Shown here: positions 14,169-24,200 of the stretch, piece after piece
How the letters are laid out: the number at the start of each line of letters is the position of its first letter
How positions within the stretch are numbered: position 1 is the first letter of the stretch
The notes under the pieces: generated by a model
Told to the model about the DNA's origin: nothing
What the model saw: only the letters and a program-made list of their open reading frames with translations
The model's database searches: none
Made by a program: the position numbers and the translations under genes
Source: Gemmatimonadota bacterium
GTDB lineage: Bacteria; Gemmatimonadota; Gemmatimonadetes; Gemmatimonadales; Gemmatimonadaceae
NCBI GenBank assembly: GCA_031363815.1
Contig: JANLVC010000122.1
Span: 913-64,912, forward strand
Direction of reading: 5' to 3'
Length of the DNA stretch: 64,000 nucleotides

Positions 14169-14310
14169 GGCGCGTCCTCTCTGAATTTCACGTACCCCGA
14201 TCTCCCCACGCCGGAAACGCTCCGCCGGAGGCCTCTCTCTGTTATTATCGGACGCACACCAGTACGCCAACGTTTTTCCTGTTGGCTCGCGCGTCCCGTT
14301 ACCCGCTCCT

Positions 14311-16326
14311 GTGCTCTACCTCGCCATTCCCGCACACAATGAGGTCGCCACCATCGGCGTCCTGCTTTGGCGGATCCGCACCGTGCTCGCTGAATTTCCT
14401 CGCGAGTACGAGGTCGTCGTATACGATGATGCGAGCTCCGACGAGACGGCGGAGGTGGCGGAGCAGTACGCGCACGCGATGCCCGTCACCGTGCTTCGTG
14501 GTGCCACGCAGGTCGGGTATGCCGGCGCCCTCGACGCGCTGATCCGGCACGTGTCGACCCAGACGCGCTATCCGCGTCGCGATGCCATGCTGCTTGTGCA
14601 GGGGGACTTCACGGATCCGCCGGGTATCGTCCCGGAGTTCGCACGCCGCTTCGAAGGTGGTGCGGACCTCGTGGTTGGTGAACGCATGGTCGTGGCCGAC
14701 GCGCCCGTGCCGGTGCGACGGCTGTTCCGGGCAGCGCATTGGGCCATGCGTACCTTTGTGCGCGTGCACGGGGTGCATGACCTCACGGCCTCGATGCGCC
14801 TGATCCGGATTTCGGCGTTGCGCGATCTCGTGCGCCAGGCCGGCTCCGAGCCGGTCTGCGTCGGCAATTCGTGGACGGCGAACGCCGATCTGCTGCTCAA
14901 GCTGGTCCCGCTGGCCCGCCGGGTCGAGTCGGTGCCAATAGAGCCGACGTACGGCGTGCGCATGCGCGACACGCGCCGTGTCGCGGTACGGGACGCGCTC
15001 GCCGCGCTCAAGTGGGCGTGGGGCGCGCGCGGACGACGTGCGGTGGCTGGATCGGACGCCGACGCGGCGGGCGACAGCGAACGCCGTCCAGCGCGCGCGG
15101 TCGCGCCGGCAGGGAAGCATCGCGAAGAGACCGAACTCTCGGTCGAGAAGCTGCGCGAGCGGGTGCGGGACCGCCCGCGGATCGACGACGAAGAGTCGTT
15201 CAACGGCCGTCGCGAGGGTCGTCGTCGCGAGCGCGAGCGCGCAAAGAGCGAACGCCCGGTAAATGAGCAAGGCGAGGCCACATCCGAGCTCGCGGCAGAG
15301 CGCGTCGCAGAGCGCGTCGCAGAACGCGTCGCAGAACGCGTCGCAGAACGCGTCGCGGAGCAGCCGGCGGACACGGCAGCCGCCGAGTCACGTCCCCCGG
15401 CAGAACGCCAGGAGCGTCCCAAGCGCCAGCGGGCGGACGCCGCAGACGGGGAAAAGCCGGCGCGTCCGGCGCGTCCGGCGCGACTTCCGCGGGGTGAACG
15501 TGCCGCGCGGAGCGACGCGCCGAAGCCGCCCCGGCGCCCGCGCGACGAATCGCGCTCACCATACAGTGATCCGTCCGTCGAACTTGAGGATCCGTTCGCG
15601 GCACCCGCCGCGAAGCGCGATGGCCCGGACCGCGCGCTCGAGCGCGCACTCGGCCCAAGAGACCGCGACAGCGAGAGCGAGGCGGAGACCGAATCGCCGT
15701 ACGGCGAGCGAAGCATGACGCCGCCCGCGATCGACGAGCGCAAGGAGCGCGACGTTGACCGCGATGACGAGGGCGACATCGGCGGCGGCATCGACGATGA
15801 CGACAGCGACAGCGGCGATCACGACAGCGGCGAGGCCGATGACAACGCCGACCGCCAAGCGGCCCAGGGAACGGAGGGTGTCGTGCCGGGCAAGAAGCGG
15901 CGCCGAAACCGTCGCTCACGGCGCGGGCGCGCCAAGAAGGGCGGAACAGACGATGACGCCACTGAGGCCAGCGCCGCACCGACCGGCGGGCCCGCTACCG
16001 GCGGCGACGCCACCGGCGGCAGCGCGTCGGGCGTTCCGCTCGCCGGTGCCTCGCCCCGCTCACGCACTCGTGCTCCGAAGTCCGACCCGGACGGTGGTGC
16101 CGCCGACGGTGGTGCCGCCGACGAGGGCGACGACGACAGCGACACGGTCAGTGACGGCGACGAATCGGATCTCGACAGCGCCGCGCGCGCGCGGCGGCGG
16201 GGACGCCGCGGACGTCGGGGAGGCGCGCGTCGCTCACGAGGGCGGCGGGACAAGGACGGCGGCGATAGCGGTGATGCCGGTGCCGGTGCCGGTGAGAGCA
16301 CCGACGGTGCCAGCGGCGCGGAGTAA
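14311..16326 (+). CDS. family-2 glycosyltransferase (DPM1/polyprenol-phosphate glycosyltransferase-like, first ~250 aa) fused to a ~420-aa highly charged low-complexity tail
   Basis: The N-terminus is GT2-like: VLYLAIPAHNEVATIGVLLWRI...YEVVVYDDASSDETAEVAE...LLVQGDFTDPP. The remainder is R/E/D/G/A-rich with internal tandem repeats: (AERV)x5, PARPARPAR, GGAADGGAAD and RRRGRRGRRGGARRSRGRR. GTG start. Confidence 0.75.
   Translation: MLYLAIPAHNEVATIGVLLWRIRTVLAEFPREYEVVVYDDASSDETAEVAEQYAHAMPVTVLRGATQVGYAGALDALIRHVSTQTRYPRRDAMLLVQGDFTDPPGIVPEFARRFEGGADLVVGERMVVADAPVPVRRLFRAAHWAMRTFVRVHGVHDLTASMRLIRISALRDLVRQAGSEPVCVGNSWTANADLLLKLVPLARRVESVPIEPTYGVRMRDTRRVAVRDALAALKWAWGARGRRAVAGSDADAAGDSERRPARAVAPAGKHREETELSVEKLRERVRDRPRIDDEESFNGRREGRRRERERAKSERPVNEQGEATSELAAERVAERVAERVAERVAERVAEQPADTAAAESRPPAERQERPKRQRADAADGEKPARPARPARLPRGERAARSDAPKPPRRPRDESRSPYSDPSVELEDPFAAPAAKRDGPDRALERALGPRDRDSESEAETESPYGERSMTPPAIDERKERDVDRDDEGDIGGGIDDDDSDSGDHDSGEADDNADRQAAQGTEGVVPGKKRRRNRRSRRGRAKKGGTDDDATEASAAPTGGPATGGDATGGSASGVPLAGASPRSRTRAPKSDPDGGAADGGAADEGDDDSDTVSDGDESDLDSAARARRRGRRGRRGGARRSRGRRDKDGGDSGDAGAGAGESTDGASGAE
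15295..15354 (+). repeat. 12-bp tandem repeat x5 (GCAGARCGCGTC) encoding (AERV)5 inside the GT2 tail
   Basis: Read directly: gcagagcgcgtc gcagagcgcgtc gcagaacgcgtc gcagaacgcgtc gcagaacgcgtc. Confidence 0.95.
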
Positions 16327-16400
16327 CGCCGCTGCTTCAGGAGTGAGACCGGCAGTGCCCCGCGATCAGCTGAGGTGGCTGAAAATCCCGCGGCGTTTCA

Positions 16401-16616
16401 TCATCCCCGAATCGCCTTCTCGATTCGCGCCGCCGTGCTCGGACTGACGACCCGGATGACGAAGTAGATCACCACGCCGATCAGCACCACCCGGATCGCG
16501 AAGCCCAGTAGCATCAGCAATAGCCCAACCAGCGGACCCAGAAGCCCGAAAACCAACTTCAGGACGACGAGGCCAAGCATGGCGATCAGGCCAACGGTAA
16601 ACAGGGTACGGAGCAT
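16401..16616 (-). CDS. small membrane protein (71 aa, two predicted TM helices)
   Basis: MLRTLFTVGLIAMLGLVVLKLVFGLLGPLVGLLLMLLGFAIRVVLIGVVIYFVIRVV. A GAGG Shine-Dalgarno sits about 7 nt upstream of the ATG (gaggcagaccATG on the minus strand). Confidence 0.5.
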   Translation of the reverse strand: MLRTLFTVGLIAMLGLVVLKLVFGLLGPLVGLLLMLLGFAIRVVLIGVVIYFVIRVVSPSTAARIEKAIRG

Positions 16617-16796
16617 GGTCTGCCTCAGAGCACAGTGGGAGTTCTTCGATATACGGTAGCCGTCCCGGGAAGTTTCTCTCCGCGAGGATTCCGGCTATTT
16701 TTGTTTTGACGGGTACTGGGCTGTTTCCCGAGAAGCGACAGCGGACTACCTTCTCCAGACACGTCCCGGACCACTCCGGGCCTTTCCCAGCAGAAT

Positions 16797-17705
16797 ATGG
16801 CCGAGCAGTTGGTTCAGATCATGGGACGCCACCGACGCGAAGCGCTCCCGGAGCGTAAGCCGTCGTGGCTCAAGGTGAAGGCCCCCGGCGGCGCAAACTA
16901 CCTGCGTATCAAGCAGATGATGCAGGAACTCGACCTGCATACCGTCTGCCAGGAGGCCCACTGCCCCAACATCGGCGAATGCTGGGAACACGGCACCGCC
17001 ACGTTCATGATCCTTGGTGACGTCTGCACGCGTAACTGCGCGTACTGCGCCGTGTCACATGGCCGTCCGCCCAAGTACGACCTCGACGAACCGTCGCGCG
17101 TCGCACAGGCCATCGCCGAGCTGAATCTGCGGCACGCCGTCATCACCTCGGTCGACCGCGACGATCTTCCCGACTTCGGCGCGTTCATCTTCGCCGAAAC
17201 AATTCGTCAGATCCATCAGCGCCTGCCGGACTGCTCGATCGAAGTGCTCGTGCCCGATTTTCAGGGCAACGAGGACTCCATCCGCACCGTCCTCGACGCG
17301 CGCCCTGACATCTACAATCACAACACGGAAACAGTGCCGCGCCTGTACAAGAAGGCGCGCCCCGGCGGTCGCTACGAGCGGCTACTGGAAATCTTCCGGA
17401 TCGCCAAGCGGCACGCGCCCGATATCCCCACGAAGACCGGCATGATTCTCGGCCTCGGGGAAACCAACGAAGAAGTCGTCGAGGTCATGAAGGAACTGCG
17501 CTCGGTAAACGTCGACATCCTCACCCTTGGGCAGTACCTCCGTCCCTCCAACGACCACATCGCGCTTGATCGTTACGTCACACCCGAAGAGTTCCGCGCG
17601 TTGTACACTGTCGGCATGCAACTCGGCTTCAAGCATGTCGAAAGTGGTCCGCTGGTGCGCTCCAGTTATCACGCGTGGGAGCAGGTGCAAGCCGCAGGCG
17701 TCTGA
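16797..17705 (+). CDS. lipA: lipoyl synthase
   Basis: Both cluster motifs are present: CQEAHCPNIGEC and radical-SAM CTRNCAYC. Full-length similarity to LipA. Confidence 0.95.
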   Translation: MAEQLVQIMGRHRREALPERKPSWLKVKAPGGANYLRIKQMMQELDLHTVCQEAHCPNIGECWEHGTATFMILGDVCTRNCAYCAVSHGRPPKYDLDEPSRVAQAIAELNLRHAVITSVDRDDLPDFGAFIFAETIRQIHQRLPDCSIEVLVPDFQGNEDSIRTVLDARPDIYNHNTETVPRLYKKARPGGRYERLLEIFRIAKRHAPDIPTKTGMILGLGETNEEVVEVMKELRSVNVDILTLGQYLRPSNDHIALDRYVTPEEFRALYTVGMQLGFKHVESGPLVRSSYHAWEQVQAAGV

Positions 17706-17802
17706 CGCCGTTCGAGCGCCTTCGCTCGTGCGCCTTCGCTCGTGCGTCCTCCCGGACGGATGAGCACCTCTCGATTCAGTACTCAACACCCGTCCATTCT
17801 CC

Positions 17803-18840
17803 ATGTCGACAGCTAAACCCCGCAAAAAGGGCGAGCCCGTGCGCGCCGACGCGAACGTAGCGGTGGGCACGTCGGCCGCCACGAATCGTGATCTCCTCTA
17901 CTCGATGTTATTGCAGCGTCGATTCGAGGAGCGTGTCGCCGAGATGTATGCGATTGGTCGCATCGGCGGTTTCTGTCATCTGTATATCGGACAGGAAGCC
18001 ATCTCTACCGGCGTCATCTCGTTACTTCGCGCCGATGACTACATCATCACGACGTACCGTGATCACGGACAAGCGCTGGCCCGCGGCATGACACCACGCG
18101 CCGCCATGGCGGAGCTATTCGGACGGCAGGACGGCTGCGCGAAGGGCAAGGGCGGCTCGATGCACATGTTCGACAAGCAGCTCGGCTTTCTCGGAGGCCA
18201 CGGCATCGTCGGTGGACACATCCCGATCGCCGCCGGCGTTGGGTTCGCGATCAAGTATCGCGGCGGCGATCAGGTCATCGTCTGCTTCATGGGTGAAGCG
18301 GCGGTGAACAACGGCGCGTTCCACGAAGCGCTCAACATGGCCTCGCTGTGGAAGCTGCCGTGCCTGTTCATTATCGAGAACAACCGCTACGGCATGGGCA
18401 CCGCGCTCGAGCGCGCCTCGGCCATTCACGACATCTACAAGCGCGGCGCGTCGTACGACATGCCGCGTGGCGTGGTCGACGGCCAGGATGTGCACGCCGT
18501 GCGCGCGGCGACCGAAGAAGCCATCGATCGCGCGCGTACCGACGGCACGCCGACGCTGCTGGAAATCCGCACGTACCGCTTCATGGGCCACTCGATGTCC
18601 GACGCCGTGAGCGGGACGTACCGCACGAAGGAAGAGTTGGAGCACTACCTCAAGCGCGACCCCATCGCCCTGCACCGTCAGCGCATGGAAGAAGCCGGCG
18701 AGATCACGCCCGCCGACGTGGCCGCGATGGACGAAGAGATCAAGAAGATCGTGCAGGACAGCATCGACTTTGCTGAGCAGAGCCCGGAGTTGCCGCTTGA
18801 GGCGCTCATGGAAGACATCCTCGTCGAAACCACGAGCTGA
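17803..18840 (+). CDS. pdhA: pyruvate dehydrogenase (acetyl-transferring) E1 component, alpha subunit
   Basis: GFCHLYIGQEA...YRDHG, the ThDP-binding region GGHGIVGGHIPIAAG, and YRFMGHSMSD (the phosphorylation-loop homolog) typical of heterotetrameric E1 alpha. Confidence 0.93.
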   Translation: MSTAKPRKKGEPVRADANVAVGTSAATNRDLLYSMLLQRRFEERVAEMYAIGRIGGFCHLYIGQEAISTGVISLLRADDYIITTYRDHGQALARGMTPRAAMAELFGRQDGCAKGKGGSMHMFDKQLGFLGGHGIVGGHIPIAAGVGFAIKYRGGDQVIVCFMGEAAVNNGAFHEALNMASLWKLPCLFIIENNRYGMGTALERASAIHDIYKRGASYDMPRGVVDGQDVHAVRAATEEAIDRARTDGTPTLLEIRTYRFMGHSMSDAVSGTYRTKEELEHYLKRDPIALHRQRMEEAGEITPADVAAMDEEIKKIVQDSIDFAEQSPELPLEALMEDILVETTS

Positions 18841-18853
18841 GAGCCCAACGACC

Positions 18854-19834
18854 ATGGCCGTGATCACGTACCGCGATGCGCTCAATATGGCGCTCCGCGA
18901 AGAAATGCACCGCGACGACCGCGTCTTCCTCATGGGTGAGGAAGTCGCCGTCTATCAGGGTGCGTACAAAGTCTCAAAGGGACTGCTGCAGGAATTCGGC
19001 GAAATGCGCGTCGTCGACACGCCGATCACCGAACTGGGCTTCACCGGTGTCGGCGTGGGTGCCGCGATGGCGGGCCTCCGCCCGATCATCGAGTTCATGA
19101 CGTGGAATTTCGCGCTCCTGGCGCTCGACCAAGTCGTGAACGCGGCCGCGAAGATGCTGTACATGTCGGGTGGCCAGTTCCCGATGCCGATGGTGTTCCG
19201 CGGCCCGAACGGCGCCGCGCTGCAGCTCGGGGCGCAGCACTCGCAGGCGTGGGAATCGTGGCTGGCGCATATCCCCGGACTCAAGGTCGTGGCCCCCGCC
19301 ACGCCCTACGATGCCAAGGGACTGCTCAAGGCCGCCATCCGCGACGACAATCCGGTGTGCTTTCTCGAAGGCGAAATGCTGTACAACACCAAAGGCGAAG
19401 TGCCCGACGACGATTACATCGTGCCGATCGGCAAGGCCGAGCTCAAGCGCGAAGGGGAGCACGTCACGTTGGTCTCGCACGGCAAGATGGTGCTGGTGGC
19501 CCTCCAAGCCGCCGATCAGATGGCCAAAGAAGGCATCACCTGCGACGTCGTCGATCTGCGCACGATCCGTCCCATGGACGTCGACGCAATCACCGCGTCG
19601 GTGAAGAAGACGAGCCGATGTGTCGTCGTGGAAGAAGGATGGGAGGTATGCGGCGTCGGTGCGCAGGTGGTGGATTACGTCCAGCGCCACTGCTTCGACT
19701 ACCTCGATGCGCCGGTGCTCCGCGTGCATCAGGCCGATGCGCCGATGCCGTACACCAAGAGTCTCGAAAAGGCCGCGAAGCCCGACTTGCCGAAGACGAT
19801 CGCGGCAATCCGACAGGTTCTCTACCTCGACTGA
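18854..19834 (+). CDS. pdhB: pyruvate dehydrogenase E1 component, beta subunit
   Basis: MAVITYRDALNMALREEM...VFLMGEEVAVYQGAYKVSKGLLQEFGEMRVVDTPITE is a canonical E1 beta N-terminus. ATG at 18854 within track ORF 18770..19834. Confidence 0.93.
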   Translation: MAVITYRDALNMALREEMHRDDRVFLMGEEVAVYQGAYKVSKGLLQEFGEMRVVDTPITELGFTGVGVGAAMAGLRPIIEFMTWNFALLALDQVVNAAAKMLYMSGGQFPMPMVFRGPNGAALQLGAQHSQAWESWLAHIPGLKVVAPATPYDAKGLLKAAIRDDNPVCFLEGEMLYNTKGEVPDDDYIVPIGKAELKREGEHVTLVSHGKMVLVALQAADQMAKEGITCDVVDLRTIRPMDVDAITASVKKTSRCVVVEEGWEVCGVGAQVVDYVQRHCFDYLDAPVLRVHQADAPMPYTKSLEKAAKPDLPKTIAAIRQVLYLD

Positions 19835-19844
19835 CCCAGCGATC

Positions 19845-21131
19845 ATGGCAACGAAAGTGATGATGGAGGCGCTTTCTCCCACGATGGAGGAAGGACGCCT
19901 TGTGAAGTGGGTGAAGAACGTCGGTGACGCCGTCAAGACCGGCGACACGATCGGTGAGGTCGAGACCGACAAGGCGATCATGGAACTCGTGGCCCGCGGC
20001 GATGGCGTGCTGCGCGCGCAGCTGGTCACCGAAGGCACCACGGCCCCCGTCGGCACGGTGATTGGTGTGATCGCTGCCGCCGACGAAGACATCGCCGCTC
20101 TTACCGGAGCGCCTCCAGTCGCCGCCGCTCCGGTCGCGGCCGCTCCGGTCGCCGCCGCTGCTCCCGCTACTCCCGCTGCGCCCGCGCCGGCACCAGCGCC
20201 CGCGCTCGCGCCGGCGGGACCCGTGCGTTCCTCGCCGCTCGCGCGCCGCATGGCCGCCGAGAAGGGCGTGAACATCGGCACCATTCACGGCAGCGGCCCC
20301 GGTGGTCGCGTCATCCGTCGCGACATTGAAGGTGCCGCCGCGTCGGCGCCGGTTGCCGCAAGCGCCGCGCCGGTTGCCAACGCCCCGCTGGCCGCCAGCT
20401 CGTCAAAGGCCGCACCCACCGCCGTCGCCACCGCGATACAGATCGATGGCGAGTTCAAGGACGTGGCCCTCACGCAGATGCGCAAAACGATCGCCCGTCG
20501 TCTGAGCGAGTCCATCGGCCCCGTGCCCACGTTCTACCTCACGTCGGAAATCGACATGACCAAGGTGGGACAGCTGCGCGAGCAGATGGTGGCGAACGGC
20601 GAGCAGTACAAGGTCTCCGTCAACGACATCATCATCAAAGCCGTGGCGATCGCGCTCACCCGTCACCCCGAGTGCAACGCGCACTGGATGACCGATCACA
20701 TCCGGTACTTCAGTGCGGCCCACGTCGGCATGGCGGTCGCGACGGACGATGGACTGATCGTGCCGGTGATTCGTGACGCCCAGCTCAAGGGGCTCGGGCA
20801 GATTGGCAAGGAAGCGCGCGAGCTCGCCAAGAAGGCCCGGGAACGGAAGCTGCAGCCCGCCGAGTTCAGTGGTAGCACGTTCTCCGTGTCCAACCTCGGC
20901 ATGTTCGGCATCGATCAATTCACGGCCATCATCAACCCGCCCGAAGCCGCGATTCTGGCGGTTGGGGCAACGGAAACGAAGCCGGTGTGGGAGAACGGCC
21001 AGTTCGTGCCGCGGCAACGCCTGCGCGTCACGCTCAGCTGCGACCATCGCGTAATCGATGGCGCCGTCGGTGCCAAGTTTCTGCACACCCTGCGTGGACT
21101 GCTTGAAGCCCCGATGATGATGCTCTTTTAG
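19845..21131 (+). CDS. pdhC: dihydrolipoamide acetyltransferase (E2) with one lipoyl domain
   Basis: Lipoyl domain MEALSPTMEEGRLVKWVK...VETDKAIMEL, an Ala/Pro linker, the subunit-binding domain SPLARRMAAEKGVNIGTIHGSGPGGRV, and the catalytic C-terminus with DHRVIDGA. Confidence 0.93.
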   Translation: MATKVMMEALSPTMEEGRLVKWVKNVGDAVKTGDTIGEVETDKAIMELVARGDGVLRAQLVTEGTTAPVGTVIGVIAAADEDIAALTGAPPVAAAPVAAAPVAAAAPATPAAPAPAPAPALAPAGPVRSSPLARRMAAEKGVNIGTIHGSGPGGRVIRRDIEGAAASAPVAASAAPVANAPLAASSSKAAPTAVATAIQIDGEFKDVALTQMRKTIARRLSESIGPVPTFYLTSEIDMTKVGQLREQMVANGEQYKVSVNDIIIKAVAIALTRHPECNAHWMTDHIRYFSAAHVGMAVATDDGLIVPVIRDAQLKGLGQIGKEARELAKKARERKLQPAEFSGSTFSVSNLGMFGIDQFTAIINPPEAAILAVGATETKPVWENGQFVPRQRLRVTLSCDHRVIDGAVGAKFLHTLRGLLEAPMMMLF

Positions 21132-21138
21132 CGCAGCC

Positions 21139-21174
21139 TGTCACAACGTGTGTCACAACGTGTGTCACAACGCG
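21139..21174 (+). repeat. 12-bp direct repeat x3 (TGTCACAACGTG), possible regulator-binding array
   Basis: Read directly: tgtcacaacgtg tgtcacaacgtg tgtcacaacgcg. It lies between the pdhC stop and the protease gene start (21258). Confidence 0.9.
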
Positions 21175-21178
21175 TGAT

Positions 21179-21215
21179 CGAACGCACCAGTCGCCTCGCG
21201 CGGTTGGTGCGTTCG
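21179..21215 (+). terminator. 11-bp-stem hairpin downstream of pdhC (no T tract)
   Basis: cgaacgcacca (21179-21189) pairs with tggtgcgttcg (21205-21215), with a 15-nt loop. Confidence 0.45.
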
Positions 21216-21257
21216 ACATGGTGAATCGTCCTTGACGCAGCCTCCAACGCCCGGTTC

Positions 21258-24200
21258 ATGCGACGATTCTCCACGCGCTTTGCGCGGCTCTGTGTGCTGT
21301 CCCTGCTCTCGGCCTGCGTCGGTGGCGATTCGCCGGCTGGCCCGATGCCGTTGCCGCCGCCGCCCACGCCCGCGCCGATTCCGCCGGGTGTTCTGAGCCT
21401 CGTCGTGGCGGGACTGCCCACCGGCACCAAGGCCGATATCGCCGTGGTCGGCGCCGCGTTCACGCGCACCGCGACCGGTACCGTGAGTTGGGTCGACGTG
21501 CCCGCCGGTCAGCACACCATCACCGTGCGACCCGTGCGTACGGCCGACGGGACCTTCAGCACCACGCCGGCCACGTTCACCGTGACGGTCGTGAGCGGAT
21601 CCACACCGGCTACGGCCACGATCACCTACGGGCCGCTGCCGACCGCCATCGATCTCACGATCACGGGCGCACCGAGTGGAGTCGGCGCCCCGGTGACCGT
21701 ATCGGCGCCGGGCGGTGGCGACATTGCCGTGACGGCATCGCGACTGCTGACCTCGGCGAACACGGGCCGCTGGAAAGTCACGTCCGGCACGTTGCTGTCG
21801 GGCGGCTTCCGCTATACGCCATCGCCCGCCGCCATTGATACCCTCGTGCTGCACGGGGACACCACGCGCCTCGCGGTGCGCTACGAGGTGTCCAGCGGTG
21901 CGCTGGCCGTTGCCCTTACCGGTCTTCCGGCGGGCGTTGCCGGCGCCGTACACGTCACCGGTCCCGAGGGCTTCAGTCGGGCGCTTACGGCCACGCTGAC
22001 GCTCACGGACCTCACGCCAGGTGGGTACCGGCTGATCGCCTCCGCCGTATCGGCTGGCGGCATCACCTATCGCCCCGCCGCCGATACCGTCAACGTCGCC
22101 GTGCGCGCCTCGCTGGTGGCGGCGCCGGCCACGATGGCCTACGCGGCCCAGGTAGGCCGGGTGGTCGTCACCACCAGTGGTCTGCCCGCCGACGCGGCGC
22201 CAACGATGACCCTGACCGGCAACAGTGTCACGCGGACCCTCAGTGGCCCCGCCACGCTCGATTCGTTGCCGGTGGGAACTTATGCCCTGTCGGCCGGGCT
22301 GCTTGCCGTGGCGGGGGTGCGCTACCTGCCGGCCACGGCCACTCAAAACCTCGCCGTTGCCACCGGGAATACCACCACGATTCACGTCGCCTTCGCGGTT
22401 GTGCCAACCGTCGTCGAGGTGCCCGTGTCCGGTCTTCCCAACGGCACCGCCGCCAACATCACGCTGACCTCGCCGTCGGGGGACGCCTCACCGATCTCGG
22501 CCACCACGCGCATCAGCCCCGCCGCCTCAGGACGCTGGCGTCTCAACGCGGCCAGCGTGACCAGCGGCGGCGCGAGCTATCTGCCCTCCCCCATTTCACG
22601 GGACACGACCGTCACATCCGGCGACACGCTGCGGTTGTCGGTGCAGTACACGATCACAACCGGCTCGATCGCCGTGGTCGTGGGCGGCTTGCCGGGCGGT
22701 GCCGCCGGCAACGTCACGGTTTCCGGACCCGGCGGCTATTCGCAGAACGTCACGGCCACGACCACGCTCACCCTGCTCGCTCCCGGCAGCTACTCCGTGT
22801 CCGCCGCAAATGTATCGACGTCCGGCACCACCTACGTACCGTCTCCCAGTTCACAGGCGGTGACCGTGGTGGCCTCTCTCGTGGCCGCGCCAGCCTCGGT
22901 GTCGTACGCGCTGGCCACCGGCGCCGTCACCATCTCCACCAGCGGCATCCCGGGCAGCGTCACGCCGACCTTCACCCTCACCGGCACCGGCTCATCGCGG
23001 TCAGCCACCGGCGCCGGAACCGTGACATCACTCGCCGCCGGTAACTGGACAGTTGCCGCCAACACCATCGTGAGCGGTGCGACGACCTACACGCCGTCAC
23101 CATCGTCGCAGAGTGTCACGATCACGCCGAACGGCACGGCCACCGCGAGCTTCGCGTTCACGGCAGTCGTCGCCGCCAATTACACCATCACGAACGTCTA
23201 CTTCACCCAGGCCATTCAGAAGCTCGATGGCACCGTCACCATGGTCGCCGGTCGCGATGCCCTGCTGCGCGTGTTCGTTCAGGCCAATGCCGCCAACTCG
23301 GCCCGCCCCGACGTGCGCGTGCGCATCTACGACGGCACCACGCTGCTGCAGACCGCCACGATCACGGCCCCGGAAACCAGTGTCCGCACCGCGATGGTCG
23401 AAGGCACGCTCGCGTCCACCTGGAATCTGCTGGTGGCGGGCGCGAACATCCGCACCACCACGCGCGTACTGGTCGACCTCGATCCCACGTTGGCCATCAC
23501 CGACGCCGACCGCAGCGACAACACGTGGCCGACCAACAGCACGCCGCAGAGCATGAGCGTGAATACCGTGCCCACGTTCAACGTGCGATTCGTGCCGATC
23601 GTCGTCGGGGCGCTCACCGGCAACGTGAGCGCGGGCAACAAGGCGTCGTTCCTGTCCTCGGTGTCGCGGATGTTCCCGCTCGGCGCCGTGTCATCCGACG
23701 TGCGCGCACCGTTCACCTCGAGCGCCACGGAACTTCAGAGCAACGACGGCAATAACCAGTGGCTCACGGTGCTCAGTGAGATCAACGCGCTGCGAACCAC
23801 GGATGGCGCGCCAAGCACGATGCACTACTACGGCGTGCTCAATGTGTCGTACACCAGCGGCATCGCGGGCTATGGCTATGTGCCCGGCCGCACCGCCATC
23901 GGATGGGACTATCTGCCCAGTGGCGATCGCGTAGCCGCCCACGAGTGGGGTCACAACTTCTCGCGCAACCATGCCCCCTGCGGCACCACCGGCGACACTA
24001 ACTATCCGTACCCGGGTGGCGTGATCAACTACTGGGGCTGGAACAGCCTGTTTAACACACTGGTGTCGCCCACGTGGACCGATGTCATGGGATACTGCGG
24101 CAACCAGTGGATCAGCGACTACAACTGGGCCGCCGTCATGCAGTATCGCAGTGCCTCCGGCGGCATGTCGTCACCCGAAGCGCCGGGCGAGGGACTATTG

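Noticed and set aside
17706-17802. 14-bp tandem duplication gcgccttcgctcgt x2 between lipA and pdhA
   Set aside because: It is real but short and has only two copies. It is most simply a slippage duplication or part of a weak terminator or attenuator stem. That is not enough signal to call it a feature.
20100-20230. Repetitive GCC-GCT-CCG-GTC DNA in pdhC
   Set aside because: It encodes the usual Ala/Pro-rich flexible linker between the lipoyl and subunit-binding domains of E2.
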